Shown in pieces: positions 25,700-38,894 of a DNA stretch of 64,000 nucleotides; the first letter of the stretch is position 1; every line of letters starts with the position of its first letter. The notes beneath the pieces are model-generated. The model was given only the letters and a program-made list of their open reading frames with translations. It made no database searches and was not told the DNA's origin. The position numbers were made by a program, and so were the translations under genes. The DNA is taken from assembly GCF_963921235.1 (NCBI RefSeq), contig NC_086108.1, forward strand, positions 95,854,001 to 95,918,000, given 5' to 3'. The DNA is from Mobula hypostoma. Lineage: Eukaryota.

Positions 25700-26962
25700 C
25701 ACTGTAGGAAATATCCTCCCTACATCTACTTTGTCTGGATCTTTCACCATTTCATAGGTTTCAATGAGATTTCATTCCCCCTCCCCCCCCATCCTTCTAA
25801 ACTCCAGCAAGTACTGCCCCAGGGCCATCAAATAGTCCTCATACATTAACCCTTTCATTCCCAGAATCATTCTCGTCAACCTCCTCTGAACCCTATCCAC
25901 TGTCAGCACAATTTTCTTAGATAAGGGGCCCAAAACTGCTCACAATATTCCAAGTCGGGCATCATTAGTACCTTATAAAGCCTCAGCATTACATTCTTGC
26001 TTTTAAATTCTAGTCCTCTTGAAGTGAATGCTAACATTGCATTTGTCTTCCTCATCCCTGACTCAACATGCAAGTTAACCTTTAGGGAATCTTGCACAAG
26101 GACTCCTATTCTTTTGTACCTTGTATTTTTGTATTTTTTGCCCATTTAGAAAATAGTCTATGCTTTTGTTCCTTCTACCAAAGTGCATGGTCATACACTT
26201 CCCAACATTGAATTCCATTTGCCACTTCTTTGCCCATTCTCCTAATCTCTCTGTCCTTTTGTAATCTCTCTGCTTTCTCAACATTTCCTGCCCTTCCACC
26301 TGTCCACTCGGGATCAATAAAATATTTCTTCTTATTATTATTATTATTATGGTCCACTAACTTGGTAACAAAGCCATCAATTCTGTCATCCAAATCATTG
26401 ACATATAACTCAAAAAGAAGTGGTCTCAACACTGATCGCTGCGAAACACTACTAGTCACCGGCATCCCACCCTAAAAGGCTCCCTTTATTCTCACCCTTT
26501 GCCTCCTGCCAATCACCTAATCCTCTATCCATACAAATATCCTTCCTGTAATACCATGGGCTCTAATCTTGCTAAGTAGCCTCATGTGCGACACCTTGTC
26601 AAAGGCCTTCTGAAAATCCAGGTACGCAACACCCACCAATTCTCCTTGATTATCCAGTGATTATGTTGCTTATTATTTCCTCAAAGGATTCCAACGGATT
26701 TGTCAGGTAAGATTTTCACTTTGGGAAACAATGCTGACTTTGGCCTATTTTATCACCTGCCTCCAAGCACCCTGAGAGCTCATCCTTAACAATCGACTCC
26801 AACATCTTCCCAACCGCTGAGGTCAAACTAACTGGCCTATCACTTCCTTTCTTCTGCCTTCTTGGAGTGACGTTTGCAATTTTACAGTCCTCTGGAACCA
26901 TATCAGAATCTAGTGATTCTTGAAAGATCATTACCAATGCCTCCATGATCTCCCCAGCCACC
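25700..26962 (-). mobile_element. Degraded CR1 ORF2 fragment
   Basis: VPEDCKIANVTP, RPVSLTS, VNDLDDRIDG and LEYCEQFWAPYLRK motifs; ~45-bp (TAT)n-tailed insertion at ~26305-26350. Confidence 0.85.
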
Positions 26963-26984
26963 AGAAAACAAATAATATCACAGA

Positions 26985-27215
26985 TGAAAATCTTGATGAA
27001 GGGTCTTGGCCTGAAACATTGTCTGTTTATTCCTCTCCATAGATGCTGCCTGACTGGCTGAGTTCCTCCAGAATTTTGTGTGTGCTATATCACAGATGGA
27101 CAACTGATAGACTGAGAAATAAAACCACCTGAAGTTGTATAATTTAATATTGAGACCAGAAAGCTGCAAAGTGCCCAGACAGAAGATGAAATGCTTTTCC
27201 TCACCCATGCTGGTA
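26985..27215. mobile_element. Penelope remnants (3' terminal repeat on +, GIY-YIG C-terminus on -)
   Basis: cttgatgaagggtcttggcctgaaac motif; minus ORF EKHFIFCLGTLQLSGLNI resembles the PLE endonuclease C-terminus. Confidence 0.65.
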
Positions 27216-27662
27216 CCTTATTGCCACAGAGTACTTGAGTCAGAGGAACACAGGGATGGAAATGTCAGGCAACAGGAAGCTTAGGATCCACATTTGGCTT
27301 CTCTGATGTATTTTGTGTGCGTATGTTATATCTGATACACACTGAGAAAAATGATACCTGATTATTGACTTAACATTGAGATCTAAAAGCTGCAATGTGC
27401 CCAGACTTTTTAAAAAAAAAGCAGTAATCTTCCCCCACACTAATAAATTTGATTAAGAAATTCAAAATGTTCAAACTGAATTAAATTGCAGCTTTATAAA
27501 TTGAACATTCAGTCTGCGTATTGCAGATTCAAAATTATATGCAAAAATATGTATATAAGGGCCTTTCTCAAATTTGGTTTTATTAACAACTGCTTAATGG
27601 GGATTTTGGTGCCAATGGTAATTGTGCCAATCTAACAGGTTAAAACACAAGAAATTCTGTGC

Positions 27663-30250
27663 AGGATAGATTTGAGGGCTAGTCTAGGGAGGCTATTTGG
27701 GTGGAATTGAGGAACGGGAAAGGTATAGTAACACTTATAGGGGTGTATTATAGACCACCTAATGGGGAGCAAAAATTGGAGGAGCAAATTTGTAAGGAGA
27801 TAGCAGATATTTGTGGTAAACACAAGGTTGTCATTGTGGGAGATTTTAATTTTCCACACATAGACTGGGAAGCCCACACTGTAAAAGGGCTGGATGGTTT
27901 GGAGTTTGTAAAATGTGTGCAGGATAGTTTTTTGCAGCAATACATAGAGGTAGCAACTAGAGAAGGGGCAGTGTTGGATCTCCTGTTAGGGAATGAGATA
28001 GGTCAGGTGATGGAGGTATGTGTTGGGGAGCACTTCGGGTCCAGTGATCACAATGTCATTAGTTTCAATATAATTATGGAGAAGGATAGGTCTGGACCCA
28101 GGGTTGAGATTTTTGACTGGAGAAAGGCTAACTTTAAGGAGATGCGAAAGGATTTAGAAGGAGTGGATTGGGACAAATTGTTTTATGGGAAGGATGTAAT
28201 AGAGAAATGGAGGTAATTTAAAGGTGAAATTTTGAGGGTACAGAATCTTTATGTTCCTGTTAGGTTGAAAGGAAGGGTTAAAAGTTTGAGAGAGCCATAG
28301 TTTTCAAGGGATATTGGAAACTTGGTTCGGAAAAAGAGAGATATCTACAATAAATATAGGCAGCATGGAGTAAATGAGGTGCTTGAGGAATATAAAGAAT
28401 GCGAAAAGAATCTTAATAAAGAAATTAAGAAAAGCTAAAAGAAGATACGAAGTTGCTTTGGCAAGTAAGGTGAAAATAAATCCAAAGGATTTCTACAGTT
28501 ATATTAATAGCAAAAGGATAGTGAGGGATAAAATTAGTCCCTTAGAGAATCAGAGTGGACAGCTATGTGTGGAACCAAAAGAGATGGGGGAGATTTTGAA
28601 CAATTTCTTTTCTTCGATATTCACTAAGGAGAAGGATATTAAATTGTGTAAGGTAAGGGAAACAGGTAGGGAAGTTATGGAAAGTATGATGATTAAAGAA
28701 GAGGAAGTATTGGCGCTTTTAAAGAATATAAAAGTGGGTAAGTCTCTGGGTCCTGACAGGATATTCCCTAGGACCTTGAGGGAAGTTAGTATAGAAATAG
28801 CAGGGGCTCTGACAGAAATATTTCAAATGTCATTAGAAGCGGGGATGGTGCTGGAGGATTGGCGTATTGCTCATGTTGTTCCATTGTTTAAGAAGGGTTC
28901 TAAGAGTAAACCTAGCAATAATCGGCCTGTAAGTTTGACGTCAGTGGTGGGTAAATTAATGGAAAGTATTCTTAGAGATGGTATATATAATTATCTGGAT
29001 AAACAGGGTCTGATTAGGAACAGTCAACATGGATTTGTGTGTGGAAGGTCATGTTTGACAAATCTTATTGAATTTTTTGAAAAGGTTACTAGGAAAGATG
29101 ATGAGGGTAAAGCGGTGGGTGTTGTCTATATGGACTTCAGTAAGGTCCTTGACAAGGTTCCACACAGAAGGTTAGTTAGGAAGGTTCAATCGTTAGGTAT
29201 TAATATTGAAGTAGTAAAATGGATTCAACAGTGGCTGGATGGGAGACGCCAGAGAGTAGTGGTGGATAACTGTTTGTCAGGTTGGAGGCCAGTGACTAGT
29301 GGTGTGCCTCAGGGATCTGACATTAATGATCTGGATGATGGGGTGGTAAATTGGATTAGTAAGTATGCAGATGATACTAAGATAGGTGGAGTTGTGGATA
29401 ATGAAGTAGGGTTTCAAAGCTTGCAGAGAGATTTAGGCCGGTTAGAAGAGTGGGCTGAAAGATGGCAAATGGAGTTTAATGCTGGTAAGTGTGAGCTGCT
29501 ACAGTTTGGTAGGACTAATCAAAACAGGACATACATGGTAAATGGTAGGGCATTGAAGAACAGAGGGATCTAGGAATAATGGTGCATAGTTCCCTGAAGG
29601 TGGAATCTCATGTGGATAGGGTGGTGAAGAAAGCTTTTGGTATGCTGGCCTTTATAAATCAGAGCATTGAGTATAGGAGTTGGGATGAAATATTAATATT
29701 GTACAAGGCATTGGTAAAGCCAAATTTGGAGTATTGTGTACAGTTCTGGTCACCGAATTATAGGAAAGATGTCAACAAAATAGAGAGAGTACAGAGAAGA
29801 TTTACTGGAATGTTACCTGGGTTTCAGCACCTAAGTTACAGAGAAAGGTTGAACAAGTTGGGTCTTTATCCTTTGGAACGTAGAAGGTTGAGGGGGGACT
29901 TGATAGAGGTATCTAAAATTATGAGGGGGATAGATAGAGTTGACGTGGATAGGCTTTTTCCATTGAGAGTGGGGGAGATTCAAACAAGAAGACATGAGTT
30001 GAGAGTTAGGGGGCAAAAGTTTAAGGGTAACACAAGGGGAACTTCTTTACTCAGAGAGTGGTAGCTGTGTGGAACGAGCTTCCAGTAGAAGTGGTCGAGG
30101 CAGGTTCAATATTGTCATTTAAAGTAAAACTGGACAGTGGGTTATGGGCTGAGTGCAGGTCGGTGGGACTAGGTGAGCGTAAGCATTCGGCACGGACTAG
30201 AAGGGCCGAGATGGCCTGTTTCCGTGCTGTAATTGTTATATGGTTATATG
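27663..30250 (+). mobile_element. CR1 LINE, near-complete ORF2 (APE + RT) with stops and frameshifts
   Basis: GVYYRPPN, VGDFNFPHIDW, LDLLL and SDH (APE); 399-aa RT ORF with KYADDTK; tail gttatatggttatatg. Confidence 0.93.
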
Positions 30251-30469
30251 AATTTACTGCAACAATTAAAGCAATTATTACCTCACTGAAAGATTAGGAA
30301 AATGACATACGAGGCACAGAAAATAACGCGCATGAACCTTGTATTCTTTGGAATAGTCACCCAAGGAAAATATTGAAGTTGTGAATTTTTCCACCTGATA
30401 TTCAGTTTAAAAATTAAAATACTATTATATTAAAATAATATGCGAGACAGTCCCCCGATTATTGATTAG

Positions 30470-31122
30470 TAGAGATACAGCACTGAAATAGGTCCTTTGG
30501 CCCAAGTTGTCCATGACAACTAAGATGCCCCATCCAAGCTCGATTGTCAGAGTTTGACCCATATCCCTCTAAACCTTTCCAATCCTTGGATCTGTTTTTT
30601 AAAAACTTGTTAAAGTACCTGCCTGAAACTTCTTCTGGCAGCTCATTCCACGTACACAGCACCCTTTATGTAAAAAAAGTTACCCTCAAGTTCTAATTAA
30701 TTCTTTACCCTCTCACCTTAAATCTATGCCCTCTAGTTGTTGATTCACGAACCCTGGGAATAAGACTGAATGTGTTCACCCAGTCTATACCTTTCATGAT
30801 TTTATATACTGCACTTCCACCAGATCACCTCTCAGTCTTCTTCACTCTGAGGAACAAAGCACTCACCTGTCCAACCTCTTCCTGTAATACAGCTCCTCAA
30901 GTCCTGGCAACATCCTTGTAAATCTTTTCTACACTCTTTCCAGTCCTATAGCATCTTTTCTATAGTTGAACGACCAAAACTGAACACAATACTCCTCATG
31001 TGACCTCACCGTTTTCTTGTAAAACTACGCCATGAACTTCCAACATTTATACTCAATACCCTAACTTGTGAAGGCCAGTATAACAAAAGTCTTCTTCACC
31101 ACCCTGTCCACCTGTGACACCA
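30470..31122 (-). mobile_element. Degraded CR1 3' fragment
   Basis: WNELPEEV; caacatccttgtaaatctt and accaaaactgaacacaatactc (reverse of EYCVQFW). Confidence 0.75.
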
Positions 31123-31666
31123 GGTAGTGTTTAGACTGAACACTTCAGCAAAACTTTTCCTTAATCAGTCACCCAGTCTGCAAAGGACATTTTTCGACTT
31201 CCATGGTCTATATCAGATGTATTCCCCATATGATGCTGATGGAAGCAGTGTTCTAAAACATTGTAATTGTGGGAGCGCAGTTTCCTCACTACTGCCATTG
31301 AACTAGAATTGCATAAAACTACTTGATTGGGGTTAACTCAATTAATGAACTTTGAAAATTTGGTCCCTTTTTAGAGAATACAGAACAATATAATTCTAAT
31401 TGCTTGGAAGAAGCTTTCCGCCTGAAGCATGATTAGAAATTTGCTCTTTATTTTAACATAATTGTGAACATTTATCTACTTAAAGCGGAAAATGAAACTT
31501 TGCCTGCACCCATTTCATTCTAACTGTGAAACAATTTGAAGTTTCATAGATCCGTAGTTTAGACCCCAGTTCTTCAGTCTTCAATACACTAAAAAAAATC
31601 ACTACAGATCAATGCCAAAGTGTAAAGTGGTAACCACTGGCACTGTGTCTGCATTTTACTGAAAAT

Positions 31667-31707
31667 AGAGAGAGAAAGAGAGAGAGAGGGAGGAGAGAGG
31701 GAGAAAA

Positions 31708-31738
<31 letters not shown>

Positions 31739-31742
31739 TGAG
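31667..31742. repeat. (GA)-rich microsatellite
   Basis: Read directly; ~130 bp into the intron after exon 3. Confidence 0.85.
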
Positions 31743-31870
31743 CAAAAGAAAGAATAAGAATTTAGCAGAAAGAAGGAAATGAGGGGAGAAAATACTAAAC
31801 CTTCTGGTGATTCAGCACAAAATTGTACGCCCCAGGGAAAGCAGATCAGACAGCCTGTTGAACAACTCAC

Positions 31871-32028
31871 CCAGGGAATCCACAATCTCCTTAATGTCGG
31901 TGATCAAACAATCCAGTTGGTAATTTTCACGACCGATGGGTGCGTCAGATTCCCCGTATCCCCGTAAATCAACTGCGATGACTCGGAATTCGCACTTAAA
32001 CTCTTGAAGCTGATAGCGCCAGGAGAAC
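31871..32028 (-). CDS. EPHX4: EPHX4-like coding exon 3 (158 nt)
   Basis: attcag|G TTC TCC TGG...TCC CTG G|gtgagt; (W)FSWRYQLQEFKCEFRVIAVDLRGYGESDAPIGRENYQLDCLITDIKEIVDSL(G); DLRGYGxS motif; phase matches exon 2. Confidence 0.95.
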
Positions 32029-32616
32029 CTGAATTGGAGAGTAACATTCTTATAGGGTTACTCGAGTTGAGACATGCTGATACATTTTCAGACCTTTAAT
32101 CCACCTAAAATTTTAAACATATGACAATTTTCTTTTCCTGTACAAACCCTAGACTTTCTCATGTACCCAAGGGGAAACAGCTGTATTTTTAAATAAGTAA
32201 TCTGTATTTTGGAGGTCCATTAATACAGCCTGGTGTTCAGAAGTAGCTGAATTCTAACCACCTGACAGGTCCAGAGATTCAGCTCCTCTTTGTTATGCTT
32301 GCAGTATTTGTTTTGCCATTTCGTTCTCTTATGGCTTCCGAACAATTTGAAACCTGTAGGGGTACACTCAGGAGGACATGAGCACAAGATATTCTGCAGA
32401 TACCGGAAACCCAGAACAGCACACACATTCAGATCCTGATGAAGGGTCTCGGCCCAAAACATTGACTTTTTATTCCCCTCCGTAGATGCTGTGTGACCTA
32501 CTGAGTTTCTTCAGCATTTTGTGTTTATGTTCATGAGGAATCCTTTAGAATGATACAATCATCAAGAGTAACAGTCATTTAATTTTAGAACTTACTGATT
32601 GATTGGTTTTCTGTCG

Positions 32617-33266
32617 CAGACATCCCACCTCTCCCGGAAGTTCCGGGAGTCTCCCGCATATTGATAGTGGCTCCCTGATGCCCGGAAATTATATACAATA
32701 TCCCGCAAATCGATTTTTTTGAGAGGGAGAGGGAGAGCAAGCATCCTGATTGGTCTCTCTTCATGCTAAGTAGACCTACCTATCAGTTTTCTCTGTTGGT
32801 GGGCTTTACAGTCGACCTCAAAAATAATGACAGTGTTGCTCACTGCACTGTTTGCAACAGTGACTTTTCTATTGCCCATGGTGGGTTAAAATGTAAAACA
32901 TGTTGAGGTGAGTTTAACAGGTGTCATTCGATCATTAGCATAGCTAACGTTATTTAAACTAGCTGGCTGGCTGCTAAGGAGCTACTCTATTGATATCCTA
33001 CGTGATGATGCCAAACTCCCTGTAGACTTGCTAAAAGTTGTAATAGAATAAACATGATAGTATAATATAAGTACATATTTTAATGTCACATTTTCTGCAT
33101 ATACCCAACTTGGTTTACAGATTAGACAAAATCACTAAACAAAGTATTACATACATCCTTGGAGGTCAACCGGGGGTGGGGGGGATATGGGGTTGTGGGG
33201 GAAGGGGCTGCTACCTCCCTGAAATGGTGGTGTTACCATTTGAGTTTTTGTCGGGTGGGATGTCTG
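32617..33266. mobile_element. Non-autonomous DNA transposon, 13-bp TIR, 6-bp TSD
   Basis: Perfect TIR cagacatcccacc / ggtgggatgtctg; TSD ctgtcg at 32611-32616 and 33267-33272; subterminal ctcccggaagttccgggag palindrome. Confidence 0.85.
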
Positions 33267-35080
33267 CTGTCGTATCCAATGGTAACAGTCCAGTTGTTCT
33301 GTTGTGCAACACTAAGAAACTTGGTGTGGGAGAGTTTTTAAATTGGCAAGCCATTGCGCTGGGCAGTTAGTTCTACTCTCTCTACCTCAGAAGTCTGGGT
33401 CCAGTGGTGTGCGTAGTCGTTACAACTGTGGTCTTCCTTGGTTGCAGTGGATGATCATCACTTCTTCTGTGCCTTGTCCTGCCCTTCACCTCCATGAAAT
33501 GTTGCAGAACCACCTTCCTGGCTACTGGATCTCACTGTTGATCTCACCTGCACAGTCCACCAGAGATGGTTTTGCATGCTAAGACAGGTATTCCCCTATG
33601 TCACTGATGTATGAGGTCCACCAGCTACCCTCACTCGGTGTAGCCTGCCTTTCAAAGTGATATTACCAACATTTTGTGGATGTGAAATTATTTAAAACTA
33701 ACTTTAGTTTCAAATTTACTGAATTATACAATAATTAATATCAATTCCACCCCCCCCCCAGCTTCAAATCAATTGAAACACTGGGTATAGCTGCTGTTTA
33801 ACTTCAGACCTATTCTCATTAGTAACTGTGGTGCACTACAATGATCAATCCCACAGTTCCAAAAATTCCTTTAACATCTGAGGTCCATCCATTGCAAACT
33901 TTTCCCTGTGATGTTTGTAAAGAAAAATGTGTAACCTAGAAACAAGGTTGAGTCATGGGCATTGGTTGGATTAGTGATGGCATTTGAAAACTCAACCAGG
34001 ATTGGTCAGATTAACTAATAAAGAATCTTCTGATTGAGACACTGGACAGTTGAGGTCCTTGCATATCAGAGGATTATGGTTTCAAGACATCGGAAGTTTG
34101 AAACCATCTGAGGGTCAGGACCGTCTAATGATTGTGGTGAGACTGTGGGACTGGACTGGCCAGAGCCAATGACTCAAAGAGAAATTATTTTAACTAGAGA
34201 CACCACATCAACTTTAGATGTGGCCTAAATAAAAGAGGATAAAAAGGCTCGATTTTCAAAGATATTTAAATTTTGGTTTATAGGATATAATCTGACTGAA
34301 AATCAAAGAAAAAAACTTCAGATGCTGGAAAGGTGAAATAAATCCAGAAAAAGCTGGAAACACTCAGCAGGTCAGGCAGCATCTGTGGAAAGTGAAACAA
34401 AGCTAACATTTAAAGTTGAAGCAAGCCCCTCAAAGGGTCTCTGACCTGAAATATTAACTTGGTTCCTTTTCCCATTCACGCACTGCCTGGCCTGCCGAGC
34501 ACTTCCAGCATTTTCGAATGTCATAAACTCAATCTGACTGGTTGGGTCAAATACTTTATTTCAGTGTTTCAATTTACATATAAGTTACGTGTAATTTTCC
34601 ATATTCAATAGCTTATTTTGGATTGGAAAGTTTAATTAATTGCAGAATATACAAACATTTTTGTTAGGTAATTCAACTTCAAAAATTGCTAACAATTGTT
34701 ACAAGTGGTATTCTGGAAAGGTCAACTCTATTCAAGTGAATATAATCAGCAACATAATAAATTGAACTGAAATTCTAATGTGCACAGTCTTGGGAACCAG
34801 GAATGTTTAATTTTATTTCAAGTTATTCAGAGATACTGAACGGTATCGGGCCCTTTCGGCCCAATGTGAGAGGAAACTGGAACTTCTGGAGCAAATGTAT
34901 ATGGTCATGGGGAGAATGTACGAACTCCTTACAGAGCCACGAATTGATCCTGGGTCCCTGGATCTGTAACAGTGTTACGCTAACTGCTACACCAGCACGT
35001 CACCCTGTAATTAACATCAATGTTCCTTTAAATGAACTTTAATCTCAAACTTACAAATAATTATAGCTAAGGCATTGATA

Positions 35081-35941
35081 CAGTTGGCCACTCATTTCAA
35101 TTCTACTTCCCATTCCCATTCAGCCATGTCAGTCCATGGCCTCCTCTACTGCCACGAGGAGGCCACACTCAGGTTGGAGGAGCAATACCTTATATTCCGT
35201 CTGGGTAGCCTCCAACCTGACGGCATGAACATCGATTTCTTGAACTTCTGGTAATTGCTCCCTTTCTCTTCATCATCTCCCATTCTTGCTTCCCTCTCAC
35301 ACCTTCACATCTTACTTGCTCGTCACCTCCCTCTGGGGCTCCTCCCCCCTTCCCTTTCTACCGTGTTTTTCTGTCCTCTCCAATCAGATTCTCCCTTCTT
35401 CAGCCCTTTATCTCTTTCACCAATCAACTTCGCAGCTCTTTACTTCACCCCCTCCACTTCCCCCGGTTTCACCTATCACCTACCACCTTGTATTTCTTTG
35501 TCCCTTACCCACACTTTCTTATTCTGACTTCTCCCCTTCCTTTCCAGTCCTGATAAAGGGTCTCATAAGAACATAAGAAGTAGGAGCAGGAGTAGGCTAT
35601 CTGGTCTGTCGAGCCTGCTCCACTGTTCAATAAGATCATGGCTGATCTGGCCATGGACTCGTCTCCACCTGCCTGCCTTTTCCCCATAACCTTTAATTCC
35701 CCTACTATGCAAAATTCTATCCAACCTTGTCTTAAATATATTTACTGAGGTAGCCTCCACTGCTTCATTGGGCAGAGAAGTCCACAGATTCACCACTCTC
35801 TGGGAAAAGCAGTTCCTCCTCATCTGCATCCTAAATCTACTCCTCTAAATCTTGAGTCCATGTCCCGAAACGTCGACTGTTAACTCTTTTCATTAGATGC
35901 TGCCTGGCCTGCTGAGTTCCTCCAGCATTTTGTGTGTGTTG
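35081..35941 (+). mobile_element. Penelope-like element 3' part (GIY-YIG C-terminus, CT-rich UTR, terminal repeat) with nested CR1 (35565-35863, minus)
   Basis: 35087-35254 translates ATHFNSTSHSHSAMSVHGLLYCHEEATLRLEEQYLIFRLGSLQPDGMNIDFLNFW*; cctgataaagggtctc|CR1|cccgaaacgtcgactg. Confidence 0.85.
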
Positions 35942-36644
35942 CATTGAAACAGGAAAGAGACCACTTAGTTACTGTTATATTACTGTGAGTAAATCTTAAT
36001 TTTTATGCTCAATTTTACATGCACATGATACAAGTTAGCTTATTCTTATTGACTATGATTGTGGTACATCTGAGTGCTACAGGATGTCATATATAGGTCA
36101 CTTGACTTTAAATATAGAATGCCCTTGTATTACAGTATTTTATGTAGGACAACCCTTTGTAAATATATTGCAAAGGTCATTGCACTCTATCCGGATATGA
36201 AGGCCATCTTCTTGTTAAATATAGATTGACTCACTATCAGAGTCTTGTGTCCCAGGTAGTAGTATATCAGGGGACAGGCGGAGTAATAAAGACAGCTGCC
36301 TCATAAGACTAATTCACCTGAAAACTGGCAAGAATAGAGAAATTTTATTTAAACACACAATGAGCAAGAGATTTTCCAATATGTCTGTTCTTGGAATGTA
36401 ACTTCAACAGCTAATGGTGAACTGTGCATGCAAGAAAGAGCAGTCAGCTAATTAAATTGCTTGGAAAATGCTTTAATAGGCAGGGCAAGAGACGGCCACA
36501 GTTTTGTCTAACTAAAGTGTTCAGCTGATAAGGAGCACAGAGATACAGCAATCTTCGTGTTTTCAGAACAATCACTGGCACATGTCTCTCAGCTCGGCTG
36601 GATCTCCTGGAGGTCACCCACTTCAACTGAACTTCTAATTCTGA

Positions 36645-37160
36645 TGAGTGAGCCTATGGCCTCTTCTACTCCACGATGAAGCCACTCTCAGGTTTGAGGA
36701 GCAACACCTCACCTTTCGTCTGGGTGGCCTCCAACCTGATGGCATGAACATTGATTTCGTTAACTTCTGGTAACTTCTCCCCTTCCCTCTTCTCTCATTT
36801 TTTCTTTCCCCATTCCAGCTCCCCGTCACTTCTTTTCTTCTCATCACCTGCCTATCTCCTCCCTCTGGTGCCCTTCCTCATTTCCTTTCTTCCATGGTCT
36901 ACTCTCCACTCCCATCGGATTCCTTCTTCTTCTACCTATCTTTATTTCTCACCCCCACCACCTACCTTCCCCCTCACCTTGTTACACCTATCACCTTTTG
37001 GCTTGTGCTCCTTCCCCTCCCTCACCTTCTCATTTTGGTTTCTACCGCCTTCCTTTCTGGTCTTGATGAAAGTTCTCGGTCCAAACTGGCGACTGTTTAT
37101 TCCTCTTTATAGATGTTGCCTGACCTGCTGAGTTCCTCCAGCATTTTGTCTGTTTTGCTG
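36645..37160 (+). mobile_element. Penelope-like element 3' part, second copy
   Basis: EATLRFEEQHLTFRLGGLQPDGMNIDF; CT-rich UTR; terminal agatgttgcctgacctgctgagttcctccagcattttg. Confidence 0.8.
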
Positions 37161-37514
37161 TGGGCCATATTTATTTAATACTACAGAGGAAGGTTCTGAT
37201 AAGACATAAATTCTTCTCCTCTAGTCCATTGAAATTCAAGCCTAAGAGATCTTGGCTATAAACTGCCAGATAGAATTTTGTTATTTCACTTCTAGGCCAG
37301 TGCAGATGTTTGCAATAGCAAACTGCAGGTCTTGATAACAATAATCAGGTGTTCCTGAGAACTTAGATTCTTTCCAGCTGCTAAACCTTTTGTTTGGCTC
37401 ACTTGACCATTGAGCTAGACGGAAAGTGCAGATCAATGGACAACTTGTAATGGGAAAGATGCTGCAACCTATAAAGTAGATGTTGCTGAGCAGCATCAAT
37501 GCCCGACTAGTATT

Positions 37515-37757
37515 TATTATTTAGAGATACAACATAGTGACAGGCCCTTGCAGCCCAACAAGCCCATACCGCCCAACTACTCACGTGTCCAATTAACTTA
37601 TTAAACCACACGTCTTCGCACTGTGGGAGGACCTGCAGAAAACCCACGCGGTCATGGTGGGGAATGTACAAACTCCTTACAGACAGCGGTGGAATTGAAC
37701 TGGTCTAACTGGTTTGTGACAGGGTTACACTAACGGCTACGATACCATACTGCCCCA
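37515..37757 (-). mobile_element. V-SINE (HE1-like); further copies ~34825-35000 and ~42893-43100
   Basis: ctgtgggagg...aaacccacgcggtc...tgtacaaactccttacagacagcggtggaattgaac. Confidence 0.7.
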
Positions 37758-38894
37758 TCTTACGAAACAAATTGGAAAGGCCAATTTCACTACAATGGTC
37801 ATTCTTGAGGGAATAAAGTAAGCCCCACTCTATTGTTCATGATTATCAATAGCTTTGAAGAATTATACTCCTTTTGTGTTAGGGTTAGTGCTGGGGTTTA
37901 CATCAGGGCTCATCATAGTAGAGAAATCCTTCATACACCCACAATTTCAGCTTTATTTTACTTTATTCGATTTCAGCTTTATTTGTCACATATACATCGA
38001 AACATACAGTTTCTTGCATTAACAGCCAACATACTCAGGGATGTGCTGGGGGCAGCCTGCAAGTATCACCACATATTCCAAGGCCTACACAACATGTTCA
38101 CAAAGTTACATGTGTACAGCTTTGATGTACGTGTGATAAATAAATCTGAATCTGAATCAATCTGTGTGCATTCACCATGTGCTTTTCATCCAGCAGGCTT
38201 CATCACAGACTAAAGGGGATGACACCAGCAAAGCCTGGCCTAATTCTCAACATAATTGATAAAAGTGAGAGCCAGTGAAACTGACCCAGGTTCACAGTTC
38301 TATATGAATGGGGTATTGACATCGCTGTACAATGATCACTTCATAATCAATTTCAGGAAAAGGTTAGATTCTCAATAAGGTCAGAATACTAAACACTCTC
38401 AAATTTCTTGGATAGTGGATAGAAAGTGCCACTGGGTTAAAAGCTACTTTAAGTAAAGGATTTTCAATTTAAATAAAGTATAGGCACAATATTACGATTT
38501 GTACAAATATCAAGGATTGGGCCAGTTTTATCCTTCAACAGCTTTCTGGATGGTGGATTATGATGTTGGATTGGGGTGTAGAATTGTTAATTTTACCTCT
38601 AGTTTAACTTCCCTATACTTGCTTGTATTTTTATATAATCTCCTATATACATGTAATTCTTCCGTAATTACGGTACAATTGCTTCTGTACTTTTCTAGAA
38701 ATTTCTTGGTTTTCTGTGGCAGATGCCACGCCACTTGAATCTGGCCATGTTATAGGTTGATTGTTCTCACTGGAATTTGCGGTTATCTTTTGTCTGGTAT
38801 GAGATGAACACGAGTACTTTTTAGTTTGGTCTTTTCTTTGTACTCTTGACTTTTCTTCTTCTTGTTCCTGTTTGCTCTTGTAAATTAAAGGAGG

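Noticed and set aside
28374..29573. 399-aa RT ORF as an active or domesticated gene
   Set aside because: Flanked by stops and frameshifts and has a deletion in the PQGS(VLGPLLF) motif; a dead CR1 copy.
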